Assembly: GCA_047285305.1 (NCBI GenBank)
Contig: JBJBDL010000003.1
Coordinates: forward strand, 1,632,001 to 1,696,000
Length of the DNA: 64,000 bases
Reading direction: 5' to 3'
Origin: Synechococcus sp.
GTDB lineage: Bacteria; Cyanobacteriota; Cyanobacteriia; PCC-6307; Cyanobiaceae
Part shown: piece after piece, positions 20,111 to 29,358 of the stretch
How the letters are laid out: every line of letters starts with the position of its first letter
Position numbering within the stretch: position 1 is the stretch's first letter
Position numbers and translations under genes: made by a program
Notes under the pieces: generated by a model
The model's input: the letters and a program-made list of their open reading frames with translations, nothing else
Told to the model about the DNA's origin: nothing
Database searches by the model: none

Positions 20111-20935
20111 TCAGAGACGCCGCAGCACCCCCTGCCCAGGCGCAAGAAGGAAGGCGAGCACGAATTGCGCGGTTTGCGCCAGCACGATGCAACCGGCGGT
20201 GGAGCTGTCGGTCCAGTAGCTGATGAACACCCCCAGCAGACTGGAGAGCACGCTGCTGGAGACAGCCAGCAGCGTCATCCGGTCAAACCGATCGGTGAGC
20301 AGATAGGCCGTAGCACCAGGGGTGACGAGCATCGACACCACCAGGATGATTCCCACGGTCTGGAGACCAGCAACGGCAGCCAGGGAGAGGAGTCCCAGCA
20401 GCATGTAGTGCAGCAGTCCGGTGTTAATCCCGATCGATCGGGCGTGGGTGGGATCGAAGCAGAAGAGCATCAGGTCCCGCCGGAACAGCAGCAGCAGCAC
20501 CAGCACCAGCACCGAAATAACCAGGGTCTGCTGCACGTCCCCCGATGAGATCCCAAGCACATTGCCGAAGAGGATGTGGGTGAGATCGATGTTGCTGCGC
20601 GTCTTGGAGACGAGCACGAGCCCCAGAGCGAAAAAACCGGTGAAGACAAGCCCGATGACGGTGTCTTCCTTCACCCTCGACTTCTGCTTCACAAAGCCGA
20701 TGGCGGCAACGGAGCCCACACCAAAAACAAACGCCCCCAGGGAGAAGGGCAGGCCCAGGGCATAGGCGACTACGACGCCAGGGAGGACCGCATGGGAGAC
20801 GGCATCGCCCATCAACGCCCATCCCTTCAGGGTCATGAAGCAGGACAACAGCCCGCAAACACCCCCAACCAGGGCACTGATCATCAACGCCTTCACCATG
20901 AAGGCGTGACTGAGGGGTTCCAGCAAAAGCTCCAT
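20111..20935 (-). CDS. mntB: Mn/Zn ABC transporter permease
   Basis: ALMGDAVSHAVLPG, EDTVIG, LFGNVLGI, FDP motifs. Confidence 0.88.
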   Translation of the reverse strand: MELLLEPLSHAFMVKALMISALVGGVCGLLSCFMTLKGWALMGDAVSHAVLPGVVVAYALGLPFSLGAFVFGVGSVAAIGFVKQKSRVKEDTVIGLVFTGFFALGLVLVSKTRSNIDLTHILFGNVLGISSGDVQQTLVISVLVLVLLLLFRRDLMLFCFDPTHARSIGINTGLLHYMLLGLLSLAAVAGLQTVGIILVVSMLVTPGATAYLLTDRFDRMTLLAVSSSVLSSLLGVFISYWTDSSTAGCIVLAQTAQFVLAFLLAPGQGVLRRL

Positions 20936-20967
20936 CGGAACAGTATGGGCGCGCTGCAGTCGGTTCG

Positions 20968-22332
20968 ATGCCCCGCGCCTCCACCCAGAACGCTCGTCCC
21001 GCACTGCGCCGGCTGCCCACCCGTCCCAGCAGGATGGTTCAGGCCGTGGTCAGCCGCCTGCTTCCGCTTCTCTTCCGAAGTCAGGGCCTTGAGCTGAGGC
21101 ATCGTGATGCAGCAGAAGCCCTGGCCAAGGCCTTTGCAGACCAGCAGTCGGGGGCCTGCAATCTGCTGATCGCCTTTCGACACCCCAGCACCCGTGATCC
21201 GGTGGTGATGGCGGATTTGTTCTGGAACGGCATTCCCCGGGCGGCACGGCGGCTCAAGCTGCAGCTGCCACGCCCCATCCAGCTGCGGTTTCTCTACGAC
21301 CGCGGCATTCCGATCTGGGCGGGCCCGGTGATCGGCTGGCTGTTGCAACGCAGTGGCGGCATCGCCATCCACCGTGGCCGCTTGGATCGCCCAGCGCTGG
21401 CCCAAGCGCGCGGGGCTCTGGCCCAGGGGCGCTACCCGCTGGTGGTGGCACCGGAAGGAGCCACCAACAACCTCTCCGGCGAGATGGCTCCCTTGGAGCC
21501 GGGGGTTGCCCAGCTGGCGTTCTGGGCCGCTGAGGATCTGGAGAGAGCCAACGACGAGCGGCCGCTGGAGGTTTTGCCCATTGGCATTCACTACAGCTGG
21601 AGGCACCACGATTGGATCGCCCTCAAGGCCCGGTTGGCTTCCCTCGAACACCATCTCGGCATCTCCTCCCCCGACGCTGGCCCGGACAATTCAGAGACCA
21701 CCAGCCGCGACCGGCTGATCCAGATCGGCATAAATATGCTCCAAGCCCTTGAGCAGCTCGAACGGCTGAAGCCCGAGCCAGCTCAGACCTTCAGCGAGCG
21801 AATTGCTGCCTACCGCCGGCATGGCTTGGCCAAAGCCGAGACCCATTTCGGCCTGCATGCCGGCGGCAATCTTCAGGAGCGCTGCCGCCGGATCGAGCAA
21901 GCTGCCTGGGATCGGATCTACAGGGAGAGTGTTGATCAGCTCCCGCCGCTTAAGCGGAGCCTGGCGGACTGGGAGGCACGGGAAGCCGACCTCCAACTCA
22001 CCCGCATGCGACTGGTGGAGCACTTCACCAGCGTGAGTGGCCATTACATCAGTGATCGAACCGACTTTGACCGCTTTGCCGAGATGTTACTGGTGATGGA
22101 GGAAGCGATCGGCTGGATCGAAGACAAGCCCTGGAAGGGTCAGCCCAGCCTCGGCCCACAACGGGTGGAGGTGCGTCTTGGACAGGCCTTGCCCGTGCGG
22201 CCTCGACTGAAGCAGTACCGCAGCAACCGTCGCGAGGCGATGCAGGTGTTCATGCAAGACCTGGAGCAGGCTCTTGTAGGCCTTATGCCCGACGCCTCAC
22301 GGGAAACGACGACTGAGGCGGAAGAGCTCTGA
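20968..22332 (+). CDS. Phospholipid/glycerol acyltransferase (PlsC-like)
   Basis: HPSTRD (HX4D), APEG, PIGIHY motifs. Confidence 0.8.
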   Translation: MPRASTQNARPALRRLPTRPSRMVQAVVSRLLPLLFRSQGLELRHRDAAEALAKAFADQQSGACNLLIAFRHPSTRDPVVMADLFWNGIPRAARRLKLQLPRPIQLRFLYDRGIPIWAGPVIGWLLQRSGGIAIHRGRLDRPALAQARGALAQGRYPLVVAPEGATNNLSGEMAPLEPGVAQLAFWAAEDLERANDERPLEVLPIGIHYSWRHHDWIALKARLASLEHHLGISSPDAGPDNSETTSRDRLIQIGINMLQALEQLERLKPEPAQTFSERIAAYRRHGLAKAETHFGLHAGGNLQERCRRIEQAAWDRIYRESVDQLPPLKRSLADWEAREADLQLTRMRLVEHFTSVSGHYISDRTDFDRFAEMLLVMEEAIGWIEDKPWKGQPSLGPQRVEVRLGQALPVRPRLKQYRSNRREAMQVFMQDLEQALVGLMPDASRETTTEAEEL

Positions 22333-23088
22333 TTAGAACGTCTCCTCCGGAGAGCTATTGCCCGTCAGCAGATCAGGAGGCACGCCACCGAAGGTCATGG
22401 CGAGGTTCTCGGGGGTGAACACTTCTGAGGTTTCCCCGTAGGCGAGCACGGTCTTGTTGATCAGAACCACCAGATCGCAAAAATCACGAACGTGGCCCAG
22501 GTCATGGGTGGAGATCAGGATCGTGCGGCCCTCGTCGCGGAATTGAAGAAACAGCTGGGCCATCAGCTGCTCAGTGCGCACATCAACTCCATTGAAGGGC
22601 TCATCCAGCAGCAGCACATCAGCGCGCTGGGCGATGGCTCGGGCCAGGAAAGTGCGCTTTCGCTGACCACCGGAGAGGGTACCAAGGGGACGATCGGCCA
22701 GTTCCAGCAGATCAACCCGCGTCAAGGCGTCCCGCACAGCTACACGATCTGAGCTGCGGGGAATCCGCAACAGATTCATCGCGCCGTAGCGGCCCATCAT
22801 CACTACATCCCACACCGACACGGGGAACTGGGCATCCACCCCTTCGCTCTGGGGCACATAGGCCACCGCTTGATGACGCTGGGCTTCGGCAACGCTGCTG
22901 CCGTTGATCCGGATTCTGCCGCGCGAGGGGCGCACAAAGCCAGTGAGGGCCCTGAAAAATGTCGATTTACCGGCACCGTTCATGCCCACAAGACCGCAGA
23001 TGCAACCGGCTGGCAGGTGCAGGCTGGCGTCGTACAGGGCAACGTTGCCGTTGTAGTCCACACAGAGCTGGTCGGCCTGTATGCGCAT
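22333..23088 (-). CDS. mntA: Mn/Zn ABC transporter ATP-binding protein
   Basis: GMNGAGKST, LSGGQRKR, LLDEPF, STHDL. Confidence 0.88.
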   Translation of the reverse strand: MRIQADQLCVDYNGNVALYDASLHLPAGCICGLVGMNGAGKSTFFRALTGFVRPSRGRIRINGSSVAEAQRHQAVAYVPQSEGVDAQFPVSVWDVVMMGRYGAMNLLRIPRSSDRVAVRDALTRVDLLELADRPLGTLSGGQRKRTFLARAIAQRADVLLLDEPFNGVDVRTEQLMAQLFLQFRDEGRTILISTHDLGHVRDFCDLVVLINKTVLAYGETSEVFTPENLAMTFGGVPPDLLTGNSSPEETF

Positions 23089-24056
23089 CAGCGGTTGCTC
23101 TTGGACGGGTCCAGGCCTTTGCGGATCAAACCCACATTGTGCCGCTGCAGTTCCAACAAGGTGGGTGCAGGCCCGTCCGTAGACGAGAGGGAATCCACGT
23201 AAAAGGTTCCACCGAATCGCGACCCTGCCGCCGCTGCCACCTCCCGTTGGGCCTTATCGCTCACGGTGCTTTCACAAAAAATGGCTGGCACCTCGCGCTC
23301 TCGCACCATGTCGATCAACCGACCCATGCGTTTTGGTGTGATCTCGCTTTCGGCATTCACAGGCCAGAGATAGGCCTCCTCGAGTCCGTAATCCACTGCC
23401 AGATAGGTGAAGGCTCCCTCGCAACTCACCAGCAGCCGTTGCTGGGCCGGCAGCGCGGCAATCGCCTTGCTCAGCTCCTGATCGAGGGCCTGGAGCTTGG
23501 CTTTGTAGGCCGACGCGTTAGCGGCAAAATACTCAGCCCCGGCCGGATCGAGTTGGCTGAAGGCCCGCTCCAGATGGTCCACGTAGCCCATCGTGCGCTG
23601 GGGGGACATCCAGGCATGGGGATTGGGCTTACCGGAGTAGGCGTCCTCCGTGATCAGCAGAGGGTCCATCCCCTCCGATAGGGTGATTTTGGGCACATCC
23701 CCTGCTGCAGCCGTGAAGCGCTGGGCCCACAATTCCAGCCCCAACCCGTTCTCAACAATAAGATCCGCCTTGCTGGCGCGCTCAATGTCACTGGGGGTGG
23801 GTTGGTAACCGTGGATCTCGGCACCGGGCTTGACGATCGAGGCCACTTGCAACCGATCACCCGCCACATTGCTGGCCAGATCGGCCAAAACCGTGAAGGT
23901 TGTTAGCACCTGGGGGCGTGAATCCAAGGTGACGTACTGATCTCGGCTGCGGCAGGATGCCAGCAGCACACCCATCACAACCAGCAGCAATGCCGCCGAA
24001 CGGTTCCAGTTCAACAGTGGCAATGCGGGCTGACTCGGCCTGATCGATGATCGCAT
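23088..24056 (-). CDS. mntC: Mn ABC transporter substrate-binding lipoprotein
   Basis: LASC lipobox; EIHGYQP, NPHAWMS, SCEGAF, FCEST, YVDSL. Confidence 0.88.
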   Translation of the reverse strand: MRSSIRPSQPALPLLNWNRSAALLLVVMGVLLASCRSRDQYVTLDSRPQVLTTFTVLADLASNVAGDRLQVASIVKPGAEIHGYQPTPSDIERASKADLIVENGLGLELWAQRFTAAAGDVPKITLSEGMDPLLITEDAYSGKPNPHAWMSPQRTMGYVDHLERAFSQLDPAGAEYFAANASAYKAKLQALDQELSKAIAALPAQQRLLVSCEGAFTYLAVDYGLEEAYLWPVNAESEITPKRMGRLIDMVREREVPAIFCESTVSDKAQREVAAAAGSRFGGTFYVDSLSSTDGPAPTLLELQRHNVGLIRKGLDPSKSNR

Positions 24057-24153
24057 CAGTGGGTCCTAAACAATCTCGGCAACGGCAGAGAAACGCTGCA
24101 ACGAAGCGATGCAATCACCGAATCGCCAAGATCACCTCACCCACTGAACACCC

Positions 24154-24807
24154 GTGCGCAAGTCTGAGCGGGTGGAGGTGATCCTGCAGCGCCTCCACGA
24201 GCAGTACCCGGAAACACCGATCCCCCTGGATCACAATGATCCATTCACTCTGCTGATCGCTGTTCTGTTGAGTGCCCAATGCACCGACAAGAAGGTGAAT
24301 GAGGTGACGCCGGCGCTGTTTGCCGCTGGGCCAACACCCGCAGCCATGGCGGCACTCGAGGAGGAGCAGATCCTGGCGTTCATCCGGCAGCTCGGATTGT
24401 CCAAAACCAAGGCAAGAAACGTGCGGCGCCTCGCCCAGATTCTGGTGACGGCCTACGACGGCGACGTTCCCCAGAGCTTTGAGGAACTCGAGGCGTTACC
24501 GGGCGTGGGGCACAAGACAGCCAGCGTGGTGATGGCCCAGGCCTTCGGCGTGCCCGCCTTCCCCGTCGACACCCACATCCACCGGCTGGCCCAGCGCTGG
24601 GGATTGAGCGACGGCAGCAGTGTGGCGCGCACGGAACAGGACCTCAAGCGCCTCTTCCCCAAGGAGCACTGGAACCGACTGCACCTACAGATCATTTTCT
24701 GGGGCCGTGAGTTCTGCACAGCACGGGGCTGCGACGGAACCGTCTGCCCCATGTGCCGTGAGCTCTATCCGAAACGGCGCCGTCCTGTGATCACCCGCAA
24801 ACCCTGA
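24154..24807 (+). CDS. nth: Endonuclease III
   Basis: LLSAQCTD, LPGVGHKTA, VDTH, Cys cluster. Confidence 0.93.
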   Translation: MRKSERVEVILQRLHEQYPETPIPLDHNDPFTLLIAVLLSAQCTDKKVNEVTPALFAAGPTPAAMAALEEEQILAFIRQLGLSKTKARNVRRLAQILVTAYDGDVPQSFEELEALPGVGHKTASVVMAQAFGVPAFPVDTHIHRLAQRWGLSDGSSVARTEQDLKRLFPKEHWNRLHLQIIFWGREFCTARGCDGTVCPMCRELYPKRRRPVITRKP

Positions 24808-25092
24808 TCAAGACAACAGCTCTTCAGCATTGGCCTTGATCACGCAATCAGCGATGGGGTAGCTCACACAAAGGAGGGCAAACCCCTGGCCGATCTGATC
24901 ATCATCGAGAAAGCTCTGATCGGTCTGATCCACCGAGCCACTCACCAAACGGCCGGCGCAGGTGGAACAGGCGCCGGCCCGGCAGGAATAGGGCAGATCA
25001 ACTCCGGCCTCCTCGGCTGCATCGAGGATGTACGTGTCATCAGGGCACGAAAAGCTGGCACCACTCTCGATGCTGATGTTGAAAGAGGCCAT
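24808..25092 (-). CDS. petF: Plant-type 2Fe-2S ferredoxin
   Basis: [15 protein letters not shown]...LLC. Confidence 0.92.
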   Translation of the reverse strand: MASFNISIESGASFSCPDDTYILDAAEEAGVDLPYSCRAGACSTCAGRLVSGSVDQTDQSFLDDDQIGQGFALLCVSYPIADCVIKANAEELLS

Positions 25093-25467
25093 GACGCGGA
25101 AGATCCTGAAGGGTTGGTAGCTGAATCAGACCATCGGCGCCAAGGCAGCTTGATCGCAACGTTTTCCCATGAATGTATGGGGGGAGGCGCAGGCGAGGGA
25201 ACCTGCGCTCGTTCAACTCCCCGAAGCGTTGGCAGTGATGCTCGCGCCACCCGAATCATCACGCGGATGAGAAGAGTTCTTACTAAGCAGTAATGCCTAA
25301 AAACGTGCGGATCGGTACCCGCCAAAGCGCCAACGTCTTGGACAGTGCATCACGAAAGAAGTGGCGCTTTCAATGCGTCACGGAGGGGTTGGGCTGAGGG
25401 GCCTGCTCCTTTTTCTGGCCTTGACCTGAGCCAGAAGGCCACTTGACCGCCCAAACCCACCGTTGCT

Positions 25468-25481
25468 AGTACTGATGTACT
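25468..25481. promoter_or_regulatory. Cyanobacterial LexA (SOS) box
   Basis: AGTACTGATGTACT fits AGTAC-N4-GTACT; 6 nt before ATG 25488. Confidence 0.75.
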
Positions 25482-25487
25482 TGCAGC

Positions 25488-25742
25488 ATGGTCATGGGAG
25501 AGGGCTGGCTGATTGACAGCGACGACCGCTGGATCTGGCGATTCCATCGCGATCAGCAGGGATGGACCCATGAGCCGAAGGTCTTCATCGACAGAGGCCT
25601 TCGCTTGCCTGACGGCCCTCCCCTGCTGAAGGAACGCCGTCACCTGCGAAAGGCCGATGCAGAACAACTCTGGGCGTCCTTGCAGACCCAGGGTTGGAAG
25701 CGCCTTGCATCTCCAGCCTGGGGCGACGTGTTTGAACTCTGA
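25488..25742 (+). CDS. DUF1651 family protein
   Basis: GEGWL...WRFH...PPLLKERRHL..A..LW..L..QGW. Confidence 0.75.
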   Translation: MVMGEGWLIDSDDRWIWRFHRDQQGWTHEPKVFIDRGLRLPDGPPLLKERRHLRKADAEQLWASLQTQGWKRLASPAWGDVFEL

Positions 25743-25814
25743 GACAGGTCGCGCCAACTGCGAGGCTGTCCATCAGCAATCCCAAAGCCCGCTTCGGATA
25801 GGCAAATTTGAGAT

Positions 25815-25902
25815 GTGAGGAAAAATGTCTCAAAGGGTGGAAACAAGGACACACTCCTTCGTGCCGTTTTGAAACCCCTGCCTTTGGCGGGGGTTTCTTT
25901 TT
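25815..25902 (+). ncRNA. yfr2: Yfr2-family (Cyano-1) small RNA with intrinsic terminator
   Basis: 5' GTGAGGA, stem-loop exposing GGAAACAAGGACACA, then GAAACCCCTGCC-TTT-GGCGGGGGTTTC-TTTTT. Confidence 0.7.
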
Positions 25903-25918
25903 GCCTGCCAGTGAGCCC

Positions 25919-26182
25919 ATGGAATCGGTCATCAACGAAATCGAGTTCAACTTCGAGCAGACCGTCAGCATTCGAACTGACGTGAAGCTGAGCAAGGAAG
26001 ACGTCAAGCAGATCGTCTCAGAAGCTCCCGCAGAAACCCTGGAAGAGATCGTCTACCAAAGCCTGGTGACCGATGAGTTGTACCTGAGAGCGAGGGCCAA
26101 GGAGATCGCCGCCAAACTCAAGCAAGACGACCTTGAAGTGAACAGGGTCGAATACTGGGACGACGAAGGAAACAAAGTCTGA
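25919..26182 (+). CDS. Acidic hypothetical protein
   Basis: MESVINEIEFNFEQ...EYWDDEGNKV. Confidence 0.65.
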   Translation: MESVINEIEFNFEQTVSIRTDVKLSKEDVKQIVSEAPAETLEEIVYQSLVTDELYLRARAKEIAAKLKQDDLEVNRVEYWDDEGNKV

Positions 26183-26565
26183 ACCTGTCGCCCATAGGTG
26201 GGGTGGATGAACAGCGGTACCTTCGATTGCAATTAGAAGAAGGGCCCTCTCGGACTCCACTACTGAATGAGAGACCCCTGCCGGCTCAGTCTCCGGCAGG
26301 AAAGCCCAGATCATTGTGAATTTCCGCTGGGCGTTGTCAAAACCTTCAGGCCCTAACCCTGCTTTAGCCAAGCAAAGAACAGCGGCTCTTTAGACGCAAC
26401 AAGATGTACCAGGTCGATGGATGGGGAAAATCTCGCGCCTGTTGTCTCGCCCTACAAATCAGACCCGTAGATCCCATCAGCAAAGGCAAACCATCAACCA
26501 GTAAGCCTCCAGGCGCACAGGCCTACGCAGAAACATGCCACCAAGACTGATCTGGGCCCTAGAAG

Positions 26566-27156
26566 CTATCCAATTCTGCTGAGAATCGGCTCCAGATCGA
26601 AGTTGTAGCCCCGAGCAACAAGATCTGCGCGGCGCCTCAAAGGGTGAATGAAGCGACGCTCACCTGGGAGCATTTCGCGCAGAATCTGACGAATCACATA
26701 CGAAGCCGGCCTCTGCCTGTCGCGAACATCACGCCAGAGACGCTTTATCAACCTCTGCAGAAGTGGGGTTTCGACGTACACGACCAGCGAGATGGGCACA
26801 GCCTCCAACAGATGTTGTGGACCATAGGAGCCTTCCACCAGAACCAGGTCATAGGGCTGCTGCAACAACCTGGAACTGACCATGCGGCTGCGCATGTCGT
26901 AACTGCGCAGCGCGCTCAACTGGCGGTAGCGAACAGCGCTGAGCTGCAACCTCAGCTGATCCGCGTCAATGGCATCCACCGTGTCGAAGCCATAGCGCGA
27001 GCTAGGCGACCAACCACAGCGGTAGTAGTCGTCGCAGGAGATCAGCAGCGGATGACGACCCCTGGCACAAAGTTGCTCGGCCAGACGGGCGGCCAGGGTT
27101 GTTTTGCCGGCCGCAGAAGGCCCGCAGATGCATACCAGAGGAACTGCTCCAGACAA
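26566..27156 (-). CDS. udk: Uridine kinase family protein
   Basis: GPSAAGKTT, DDYY, LVEG, RDVRDR, FIHP..RADL. Confidence 0.75.
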   Translation of the reverse strand: MSGAVPLVCICGPSAAGKTTLAARLAEQLCARGRHPLLISCDDYYRCGWSPSSRYGFDTVDAIDADQLRLQLSAVRYRQLSALRSYDMRSRMVSSRLLQQPYDLVLVEGSYGPQHLLEAVPISLVVYVETPLLQRLIKRLWRDVRDRQRPASYVIRQILREMLPGERRFIHPLRRRADLVARGYNFDLEPILSRIG

Positions 27157-27215
27157 GCGCTGTCTTCATCCAGGACCATGCTGGCAACGCCGTCCCAAAG
27201 GAAGGAGGAAAAATA

Positions 27216-27229
27216 GTAGCCGTTGATAC
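27216..27229. promoter_or_regulatory. NtcA binding site
   Basis: GTAGCCGTTGATAC = GTA-N8-TAC, about 20 nt upstream of the riboswitch. Confidence 0.75.
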
Positions 27230-27250
27230 AAATTGAGACTAGGGTGTGGT

Positions 27251-27311
27251 CACGTTGAGCCTCATCAACAGGCCGCAGTCAGATCCACGCCAAGCAACGG
27301 GGGCGTGGGCA
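27251..27311 (+). ncRNA. Glutamine-II riboswitch (Downstream-peptide RNA motif)
   Basis: CGTTG/CAACG P1, GCCT/AGGC P2, CGCAGT junction, CCACGCC/GGCGTGG pseudoknot; directly upstream of a YRG-motif peptide. Confidence 0.85.
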
Positions 27312-27326
27312 CCGCGCAAGAGAGAG

Positions 27327-27569
27327 ATGAACACCCTTCAACTGATCAAGGCACGGACTGTGCGCAATCAGGCCATCGAAACGGCCAGGACACAGATGGC
27401 ACGGGCCTACCGCCACCAAGGCCACACCGACCGGGTCCACACCCCGGTGGGTAGCAAAACAAAGGTGCTGCGCTATCGCGGCGTCTCCTACGCACCGATC
27501 GACCCACAACAGCACTCAAGCGGTGGGAGGGAACTGCGTTACCGGGGCGTCAGCTACGACGTGTACTGA
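27327..27569 (+). CDS. DUF4278 family small protein (IF17/GifB-like)
   Basis: MNTLQLIK..., AYR and two LRYRGVSY repeats. Confidence 0.8.
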   Translation: MNTLQLIKARTVRNQAIETARTQMARAYRHQGHTDRVHTPVGSKTKVLRYRGVSYAPIDPQQHSSGGRELRYRGVSYDVY

Positions 27570-27592
27570 AGACACATTTTTATCCATAAATG

Positions 27593-27617
27593 AAGCGGGG
27601 GACACCCCCGCTTTTTT
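27593..27617 (+). terminator. Intrinsic terminator
   Basis: AAGCGGGGG-ACA-CCCCCGCTT-TTTT. Confidence 0.8.
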
Positions 27618-27965
27618 CATGGTTGTTGTGGGCCACGTCAAAAAACGAACGAAATGAGCCCTAACCCGGGACAACACCGAAACCCCGGCTTTTTGTACCA
27701 ATGATTTCGGGGCTGATGCTCTGTCAGCCCTGCGATGAAGCGAACGGCAAGGCTCAGTTCTTGTCTCCGCCCTTGGGCACGAACGCCTGTGATGCTGCGA
27801 CGAGAAGCCCGGTGATCAGCAGGGCCGGAAGAATGACAGTCGGACCGCCTGGAGCTGTCTGGGAGGCGAACAACAGCATGGTCTGGCAATAAACACCATT
27901 GATCACCTTGGCAGAACAGAGAGAAAACAGCGACCCCTGCAAATGTTTGTCGCAGAGGCCAAGGC

Positions 27966-28157
27966 TCAGCAGATCACGACGGGAAAGAGAAAAAGCTCCC
28001 CCTGCACGGCATCACAGGCTCGAACAGAAGCGGTGGGCCTGGCACGAGGTTTCGCCACAGCTGAGGCTGCCGCCGGAAACGCCTTGCGGGGTCGGATCAA
28101 GGAATGACGCATCCACTCGTCAGCGCGGAAGGTGGCGTAAGGAGAACTCGCAGCCAT
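27966..28157 (-). CDS. Small hypothetical protein
   Basis: MAASSPYATFRADEW...QGELFLF; LexA-like boxes directly upstream. Confidence 0.6.
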   Translation of the reverse strand: MAASSPYATFRADEWMRHSLIRPRKAFPAAASAVAKPRARPTASVRACDAVQGELFLFPVVIC

Positions 28158-28169
28158 GAGTTTGGGAGC

Positions 28170-28197
28170 AGTACATCTGTTTTAGTGCACATGTACT
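28170..28197. promoter_or_regulatory. Tandem LexA-like boxes
   Basis: AGTACATCTGTTTT abutting AGTGCACATGTACT. Confidence 0.65.
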
Positions 28198-28254
28198 ACA
28201 GCGTCAACCCAGGCTCTCTCCGCAACAATCACGGGACCCACCGCCCATCCGCAG

Positions 28255-28506
28255 GTGACGCAACAGGATGACGCCATCGGCAGCCGCTTGAGCCGGATCG
28301 AAGCTCGGCTGACCAGGATTGAAGAGCTTCTGCTCAGCGCAGGAGTTGGCGAAGGTCAGAACCCATCAGCAGCGCAAGAACAGTGCTATGAGGCATGGAT
28401 CCACTATCTGAACAACACCCCTGAGGCCGTCGAAGCTCACCTCACCACCCACGAGATGGCCGCCCTCAAAGCCTCCATCAACGCCCAAGTTCCAAGCGAT
28501 TCGTAG
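28255..28506 (+). CDS. Hypothetical protein
   Basis: 83-aa GTG ORF with coiled-coil-like N-terminus. Confidence 0.55.
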   Translation: MTQQDDAIGSRLSRIEARLTRIEELLLSAGVGEGQNPSAAQEQCYEAWIHYLNNTPEAVEAHLTTHEMAALKASINAQVPSDS

Positions 28507-28791
28507 AGTTATACACAGCTTTTCCACAGGGCCAAAACAACTGATCCTGGCGAGCGCAGTGGTTTTGGCTGTCGGCGTGGAAAAAAGCCTCAGACGCTCA
28601 GCGGAAACCTACGGATCCTGCCGTTCAACGTGAAGAATGCTGTGCTGGGCGTTGATTTCAAGCAACAAATGCATCAGTGATTTCGAAAATGCATCACGTG
28701 GCAACGAAGCGCTCCCTGCTGTGAACGAAGCAACCAATCCTGAGGAGAAGCTTCAAGGCACCGATCCGCCAGAGGAGTTGGTTGAAAAACT

Positions 28792-28980
28792 GTGGAAAAA
28801 AAAAGATTCTGTTGTGATCACTGCAGACAGCCGGGGGACGTGCATTTCCGGGTGAGCACCGCCCAACTCGCGGACTGGATCCTAGTGTGCGAAACCTGCT
28901 GGCCGAACTTTCGCGAACAAGCTGGTTATCGCTATGGAGGAACACGCAAGGCCAACCGCCGCAAGCGAAAGCGGCGGTAG
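28792..28980 (+). CDS. Small zinc-finger-like protein
   Basis: CDHC...CETCW...YRYGGT, basic tail. Confidence 0.65.
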   Translation: MEKKRFCCDHCRQPGDVHFRVSTAQLADWILVCETCWPNFREQAGYRYGGTRKANRRKRKRR

Positions 28981-28992
28981 CAGGACGAAGGC

Positions 28993-29358
28993 TCAGATCA
29001 GTTCACATTGGTGGCGAATCACCGTGCCACGGCGTTCCCAAAATTCCGGCGCTGATTCATCAACTACACGCCACCACCAACGGCCATCGGTGTAACTGGG
29101 TGCACCAGCATTGTTGGTGCGCGGGAGTTGCAACTCCACATCGCGCCAGCGCAGCAGAACCCCGTCACCCGGCAGAGTTCCCTCCAACGTGTTGGGAAGA
29201 CCTTCCGCCAGCCCGGTGAGATCGACGGCTCCCCGCGTGATCTCAACACTGAGCAGATCCCCATCGCAGATCCAATCGGCCCATGACGGCTGGGGAGCCA
29301 GTGACAAGGAGAGCATCAACAACGCCAGGCCCAGGCCCTTCGCGACAGAATTCAGCAA
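28993..29358 (-). CDS. Exported hypothetical protein
   Basis: Signal peptide; LPRTNNAGAPSYTDGRWWW; start uncertain. Confidence 0.6.
   Translation of the reverse strand: MLNSVAKGLGLALLMLSLSLAPQPSWADWICDGDLLSVEITRGAVDLTGLAEGLPNTLEGTLPGDGVLLRWRDVELQLPRTNNAGAPSYTDGRWWWRVVDESAPEFWERRGTVIRHQCELI

Noticed and set aside
20486..20514. CAG/CAC short tandem repeat
   Set aside because: Encodes the VLVLVLLLL TM helix of the permease
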